A stretch of DNA of 47,377 bases from Macrostomum lignano (Eukaryota), in NCBI GenBank assembly GCA_002269645.1, contig NIVC01003915.1:1-47377 (forward strand), given 5' to 3'. Each line of letters begins with the position of its first letter. Position 1 is the stretch's first letter. A program made the position numbers and the translations under genes. Below are positions 41,409 to 47,377 of this stretch, one piece after another. The notes under the pieces were generated by a model. It saw only the letters and a list, made by a program, of their open reading frames with translations, did not search any database and had not been told where the DNA came from.

Positions 41409-43530
41409 TGTAGCTATGTGCTCTCATACATTTAATCGACGGATAACGACGTCATACGTCGGCTGAATGCGCCGGTTTATAATGTACGAGTAATTTACAT
41501 GTACAGTACGTATCGTACAATTCATGCTCCACCTTTTCGTCTCAGTACACTCCGGGCCTTTCTTACCATAGCCATAGTACATTGGCATACGTCGCAAGAG
41601 CGAACCATGGCCTTGCAACTGCTGCCCCCAGCATCACTAAGCAATTGAGAAGACCCAAAAATGGTCAGCAACCGTTGTCGCTCGCTTCATTAAAAACCTG
41701 TCCGACAGGGCACGGCCGCTTCGAGACCTGAAAAAGCACGGGGTGGTAGAGTGGACATGGGGGCGACCATCAAGAAGCAGCTTTCATCGACATCAAGCGC
41801 ACGATAGCCATGCAGTAGCCAGACCTGCAGTCCCGGCTGATTGTCGAAGCCAGTCCATCCTAGCCCAAGTACAGCCTGATGGTTCGACTCGACCGGTGGC
41901 CTACGCGAGCCGCAGCCTCAGCGCCACCGAGCAGCGGTACTCGCAGTCCGAGCGCGAGGCACTCGCAGTAAAGTATTGCTTCCTAAAATTTCATTATTAT
42001 CTTCAGCGACTGTGAGCACTTTAAAGTCATAACGGACCACAGACCGCTCGTCTCGACGTTCAGCTCAATGTCTCTCGGCCGCCGCCCAGAATAGAATGCA
42101 TGGCTCTCTGACTGCAGGACCTTGCCTTCAGCGTCGTTTACCAGCCCGGAGCCGGAAACCCGTCTGACGTGCTCAGCCGGCAACCGCTACCGCTGCCGCC
42201 AAACAACGGAGGCGAGCGGGCCGACGCAGCGTTCGTTGCTATGGCCGTCCAGGCAGCCACTCCTGTGTCTCTCAGCATATCAGCGATCAAGGCGGCTTCG
42301 GAGCAGGACCAGACAGTGCAGGCTGCCCCCGCCGTGCCATCCGCAGCAGCAGCTGGGACTCCAAGGACGCGGATCTGAAGGACATCCGAGGCGTCGGGCA
42401 TGAGCTGTCGAAGCACGACGGCCTCCTATTGCGCGGCAGCCAGCTGTTCGTGCCTGCAGTGCTGCGGTTCCGGTGCCTTCAACTGGCCCATCAAGGACAC
42501 CAAGGCATGCGGAAGACACTGGACCGCCTGCAATCAAAGGTCTGGTGGCCCGGCATGCGCTCGGCAATGGAGACTCATGTTGCCGCCTGCATCAGCTGCG
42601 CGGCCTGCAACAGCGACGCAACTACGAAGGCAACGCCCTTGAAGCTGACGGATCTGCCGGATGGGCCGTGGCTCGATCTCGGCCAGCTTGACTTTCTGGA
42701 GCCCGTCAAAGGAAAGTCGCTACTTTTCAGTACCGACCACTTTTCTCGATTAGCGCTGGTTGAAGTTATGGCAGACGCAACGGTCGCCGCCACCACACGC
42801 GTGCTCAAACGGTGGTTTAATAGCATCTTCGGCCAGCCGCTCAAGGTGTCAACTGACAACCGAGTCGCCCCGGCAAACCTACTCTTCGGACGCCAAGTCA
42901 ATGACGCAATTCCCAGTCTTCACCACTCGCGACCTGTGAAAGCGACGCGGGCCGCCAGAGCCGGAACGGATCGGAAGGCCAAAGAGATGGATGAGAACTA
43001 CCGCGACCATTGAGAACGAGCTGCTGACCATCAAATCCAATCAGGTGACCGCGTCCTATGGTGCCAGCAGCACCGAAAAAAACGAACACCTTCTTTGAAA
43101 CCGTACTGTGGACTGTGGCCGAGGTCCATAGAGATGCCCTTGTCATTCAGCGCGGCGAGACCACTTGCCGTACCCGCGCCAGGCCCAAAGACGGGGCCAA
43201 GAGCCACAAGGAGCCGGACCTCAGGAGACATTGAGTCTCAGTGATTGCTTGGCAGCAGCAGACTTTGACAATGTACTTTTTGTACTATCCACTTATCACT
43301 AATCCGCGCGTGGAGAGATGTAGTGCTCACGTGAGCCCTAATTTATATAGTACATCGGCCTTGCGTACATTACGTACAATTCATGCACCTTAAATACGGT
43401 GATTCTCCACCCCCACTCTGGTGGCGTGACTATTATGCATCGTCTGAAAATAAATATCGAACAGCCCACCTGGCAAGGCTCCACCTTTTAGTCCCAGTAC
43501 ACTCCGGTCTTTCTTACAATAGCCGTTACA
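41409..43530 (+). mobile_element. Internally deleted, non-autonomous Ty3/Gypsy LTR retrotransposon
   Basis: The 5' LTR-like segment TGTAG...TACA (41409-41581) is followed by PBS-like TGGCATACG. The 3' LTR TGTAG...TTACA (43319-43530) is preceded by purine-rich GGAGAGA. Both end in CTCCACCTTTT..CAGTACACTCCGG..TTTCTTAC.ATAGCC. Internal remnants: RT connection RFIKNLSDRARPLRDL, RNase H RPVAYASRSLSATEQRYSQSEREALA and TDHRPL, integrase HHCC HQGHQG..WWPGM..C.SC, core PW..DF..DHFSR..STDN. Confidence 0.88.
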
Positions 43531-43895
43531 AACCGAAGCTCGATCTTTACGGGAAAATGTATATGCACTATACACTTGTAATTATTTTGTATGTCATGTC
43601 ATACTTGTAAAACCTTCAATACATCTGGACAATGTATCCCACTTACACTGAGGGTTCTATATAACTTTTTTCAGGTAGTAGATCTAGCTCTCGTAAAAAG
43701 CGCAGAATTAATCACCAGCAAAAATATTGGCTTGAATTTGTCTATGACCATAAGAGTCTCCAGAAATATGTCTATCATATGCATGTCATATGCATACTCG
43801 TAAAATTGTTCTTACCTACCCACAGCAGGCATCCTTAACTTCCATCACCCCAGCAGACAGATATAATCTAAAGTGCGCCAGACAAGAGAATCAAA

Positions 43896-44832
43896 ATGTC
43901 AGCAAGCGACAGCTGCGGTGACAGACTGCAACTAGCCAGCAGTTGCTGCTCGTCAGACCGAGTTACATCGGCCGTGTTAGTTGTGCCTCGAAGTGTCACC
44001 CTGCAGCTATTCGAACCCGATGGCAGCATTGCTGATAGGCGTCTGGAGACGATGCAGAACAAGTGTGCCTGCACATTTCGGTTGCTCCGTCCGAGGCAGC
44101 ACGATCAGGTGTGTTATTGCAAGTCAGACTTCTTTTGCTATCAGTACTCATTTCAGCGCTGCAGGCACTCATTTTAGCGCCACAGACACTCATTTTGGTG
44201 CCGCAAGTACTAATTTTAGCGCCACAGGCACTCATTTTAGCGCCGCAGGCACTCATTTTGGCGCCGCAGACACTCATTTTGGCGCCACAGGCACTCATTT
44301 TAGCGCCGCAGGCACTCATTTTGGCGCCGCAGGCACTCATTTTGGCGCCGCAGACACTCGTTTTGGCGCCACAAGTACTCATTACTCATTTTAGCGCCGC
44401 AGAGCTAAATCATGTGTGGCCATCAAATAACATAATTTATATGAATATACTGATTTGTTTTATCTCGATTCTAATAGATCCCCGCATGCTCACATTCCAT
44501 CTCAGGATAACAGGCCCATACCCGGCAGTAAAATATGCGACCGAGTTTTAGTAAAGTACGCCTATCCGACCAGAAATCACGAAGTGGCCGTCAGGCTGTT
44601 CAACGAGCTCGCTCATCAGTGCGCCACCTGCATCACCGTGGCGCCACTAATCAAGGTGTGCCGGGTAGAACGAACACCGCTAGAGGACGTCCTCCGCCAG
44701 GCTGCCCAGGTCAACGAGGCCAAGCAGGCGGCTGCGATCGGTTCGGACGATCGTCTGGAAGAATTCTGCAGGCAATACCGAGCTACCATCCAGGCAACAG
44801 CTATCAAAAAGCTAGACGTGCCCACTGACTGA
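43896..44832 (+). CDS. Uncharacterised two-exon gene, about 179 aa
   Basis: ATG in AAAATG context at 43896. Exon 43896-44108 ends CAG|GTGTGT and exon 44506-44832 follows CCATCTCAG; the join is phase 0 and gives an open 540-nt CDS ending in TGA. The intron is filled by a 21-bp minisatellite, as in the neighbouring real genes. No family recognised. Confidence 0.55.
44155..44400. repeat. 21-bp minisatellite (GCACTCATTTTAGCGCCGCAG)n
   Basis: About 11 copies inside the predicted intron 44109-44505. Confidence 0.95.
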
Positions 44833-45257
44833 ATGCAATCCGTACGTACGGGTGTGTTCGAATTTTGACCGAAAATTTTCTAAAACCGTAACAGTCGGCT
44901 GAATTCACGAACCGGTTTGTTTATTATTTGTCAAAATTCAAACAAATATGGATTTTTTATTTAGTTAGCCATATAAAACTACGCATAATTATTAATGCAC
45001 AATAAAAAGTATGTGTTCAAAATATGTTGCGATACTTTTGAAAAGCTTGAGATAAACTTTACGTTTCTCATATTAAAGCGCAATGCAATTAAAGAATTCA
45101 TAATTGCCAAAAGACTGTTTGTGTAATATAGATTTTTTCATTTAACCAGAGAGTCATCGCTTGCTATTCTAGCGGAATAGTGGAATCTGCGTAATATTTT
45201 ATCATTACGAGCGTACATAAAAGCGTGAAATTATTGAACACAAATTTTTCTGTGTTA

Positions 45258-46168
45258 CGAGAGCTGTCCGGAAAGTTCTGACACTTTTAATCCCAGAGCA
45301 AAAACAGCAGCAGCTTCAAGCACAACTTTGGTGTCATTTTGAAGAGGCACATCTCTTCTTTCTAACGAATTCAGTCGCGTGTGTTTTGGTCATTTCATTC
45401 AAAAGTTGTGTGTGAAAAACCATCAAAATGCCACTGATAGTCTTATAGTAAAAGTTTTAAAAAAATATAAAAAGCGATGTTTTGTCCTCAAAGAAACGAA
45501 TTTTGGTCATTCATCATCATCATCAACCTTCAAGGCAGCCTTCTCAGCATAGTCTCCACCTGTAGCAACATAATTTTCCCATCGCTTGAGCATTCCGTGC
45601 CTTTGGCCTTCTTTCGATTTCATACTCATGATGGTGTCAATAATGACAAAAAATCAAAACACTTGACTAATTTAAGACTATCAGTGGCATTCTTATGATT
45701 TTTCATTCATATAATTTTAGAATGAAATGACCAAAATGCACGCGGACTGAAGTCATTGGAAAGAAGAGATTTTACCGTTTTTAAATGACACCAAAGTTGT
45801 GCTTGAAGCTGCTAATGGTAATACACATTTTCACATTCAATTTTGATCAAATTCCAGTTCTAAAAAAACTAGCGGAACTTCAATTCAGACTGAGGATAAT
45901 TTTGTCTATGGCTAAACCTTACTTCGGTTAGGAATGTTTTGAACTGGGGTTAGACTGGGCCCACAGAATCTGTGACTGGGCCCTAACAGTCGATAATACA
46001 ATATCAAGCATCCCGACTGCTGATGAGTGCATTGACTAGTGTTTCCCTATAGACTAGTAGTCTATGGTCTGGAGAGACATTAATAACACGCAGCCTTGGA
46101 AGAACTTCTTGGGTGGGGAGTTTATGGCCATAGACAATTTTTTGCTCTGGGATTAAAAGTGTCAGAAC
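45258..46168. mobile_element. Mariner-type MITE with long TIRs; the right TIR is interrupted by an insert containing a second small TIR element
   Basis: Left end TA|CGAGAGCTGTCCGGAAAGTTCTGACAC. Segment 45308-45400 is inverted at 45720-45813, and 45275-45305 is inverted at 46138-46168. The insert carries its own about 20-bp TIRs (45898-45917 and 46121-46141). Confidence 0.7.
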
Positions 46169-46273
46169 AAAAGTGTCGGCGATGTCGAATAGAAATACGG
46201 GTATAGAGAGGCACAGTGTTATTAAACGTATGGATAATTTAATACAAGTCAGTTGTGAATAATTTCTTTATAT

Positions 46274-47377
46274 TTACAGCACTGCCACATCGTTTGCCCT
46301 AATAGCAGCTGCTGCCGAATTCTTCCTGGCGCTACTCAATAAATCGGCAAAAAGCTCGAAAAATTCAAACGTACTAATCAGAGACACGCCTAGCCAGAGG
46401 CCTAAAATGCCGCCAATGTCTGAGAACAGATTGCCGGCAGGATAGGCCCAGGCTTCCGCTACTCTGCTGCCCATGGTTGAGTGGCTGTAGATTGTCAATC
46501 GAGCAAAACTGCTGCCAACTGAGCCTCTGCCGCGGCTTGTACTCAGAAGGCGACGCTCCACCGTGTGCAGCACACGAGTGTCCAGCTTGTCTTCGTCAGC
46601 CAACCGAATCGTGGCGCGGACACGTTCCAACAGGGCTTGCACGGCCTCGCCAGGATGCCCTGGCCATCGGTTCTGCGTCAGTTGCAGGTCGTACTGCTGA
46701 CCGTCGCACGGCACTGGACAAGCGTCCAAATCGCTGGCGGTGCGCCGGTGAATGAGCTCCAGCTCCTTGTCGTGGCACTCCGTCTGTCACGAAGCTCATC
46801 TTCGGCAACGGCCGCCGTGCCATCCTTGGCGTCGACAATATCGGCTGCTGACACGCGATGACAGAAGCGCGTTCGGAATCGAGGTCCGTAGTCGGCTGGT
46901 ACAGGCAGCAGTTCGGAGACGCAATGACAGGTTTTGTTCAAGTACGCTTGGCAGTGCCGCATCGCGCAGTCGGAGACGCTATACCGATACCGGAGCAGTT
47001 TTCCGGTGTTGATGTCCAAGAACTCGGATTCTGGAAGCTGACCCGGTTTGGCGCACTTCCTTGATCCTTTGCTGAGCACGGTGAGACTAGTGTAAGCCAG
47101 CTGCACATGGGTACTGCTCCCGTTCTGAATGTAGAATCCGTCCGCTGAGTCCGGTCTCGTGTCCGGCGGTGGACAATGATGCGATACCCGGTGGAGAATG
47201 CCAATGACTCCTCCTCGGTGATGAAGTTCTTGTCGTCGCCGGTGTACAAAATCACGGACAGACCGCCGTCCTTTTCGCCGCCGACAATCAGACTGCGACT
47301 CGGCGGCTTGAACGTGAAGCAGCTGAAGTACTCGGGATCGGTCAGATGTTGAAAGTCACGATAGGAGCAGCCGCTTC
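46274..47377 (-). CDS. DEG/ENaC (amiloride-sensitive/ASIC-like) channel, 3' part of one long exon, with at least two frameshifts (possible pseudogene or assembly indels)
   Basis: Joining three frames gives FQHLTDPEYFSCFTF, GLSVILY, GYRIIVH/PPDT, YRYSVSDC..HCQAYLNKTCHC, CPVPCDGQQY..W P, and TM2 LFSDIGGILGLWLGVSLISTFEFFE (G-x-S filter), then TAA at 46274. Frame switches occur near 47168 and 46790. The gene continues beyond the window. Confidence 0.85.

Noticed and set aside
46015-46060. CTGATGAG as a hammerhead ribozyme core
   Set aside because: No stem II followed by GAAA on the same strand.

Overview
Eukaryotic (animal) genomic DNA with no prokaryotic features. The minisatellite-filled introns and the repeat content suggest a free-living flatworm such as Macrostomum; this is inference only. 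I traced splice sites and reading-frame phases by hand. Plus strand: the 3' six exons of VPS11 (873-6610), an orphan single-coding-exon gene (8281-9153), and an 18-exon two-pore channel of the TPC3 type (11652-23570). A TE-rich intergenic block follows (24.2-30.8 kb) with a cluster of small unidentified ORFs, a foldback element, a decayed mariner and a LINE fragment. Minus strand: a 12-exon gephyrin/MogA-MoeA gene (39993-30883) with one apparent 1-nt frameshift. After that come an internally deleted Gypsy element (41409-43530), a second orphan two-exon gene (43896-44832), nested MITEs, and the 3' part of a frameshifted DEG/ENaC channel gene (minus strand, 46274 to the window end). The main hypothesis is that VPS11, the orphan and TPC3 form a spliced-leader (SL) trans-spliced operon, with the TPC3 start codon possibly supplied by the AUG that ends flatworm SLs. 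This cannot be proven from the sequence alone. Most long ORFs in the supplied track are translations of tandem repeats.
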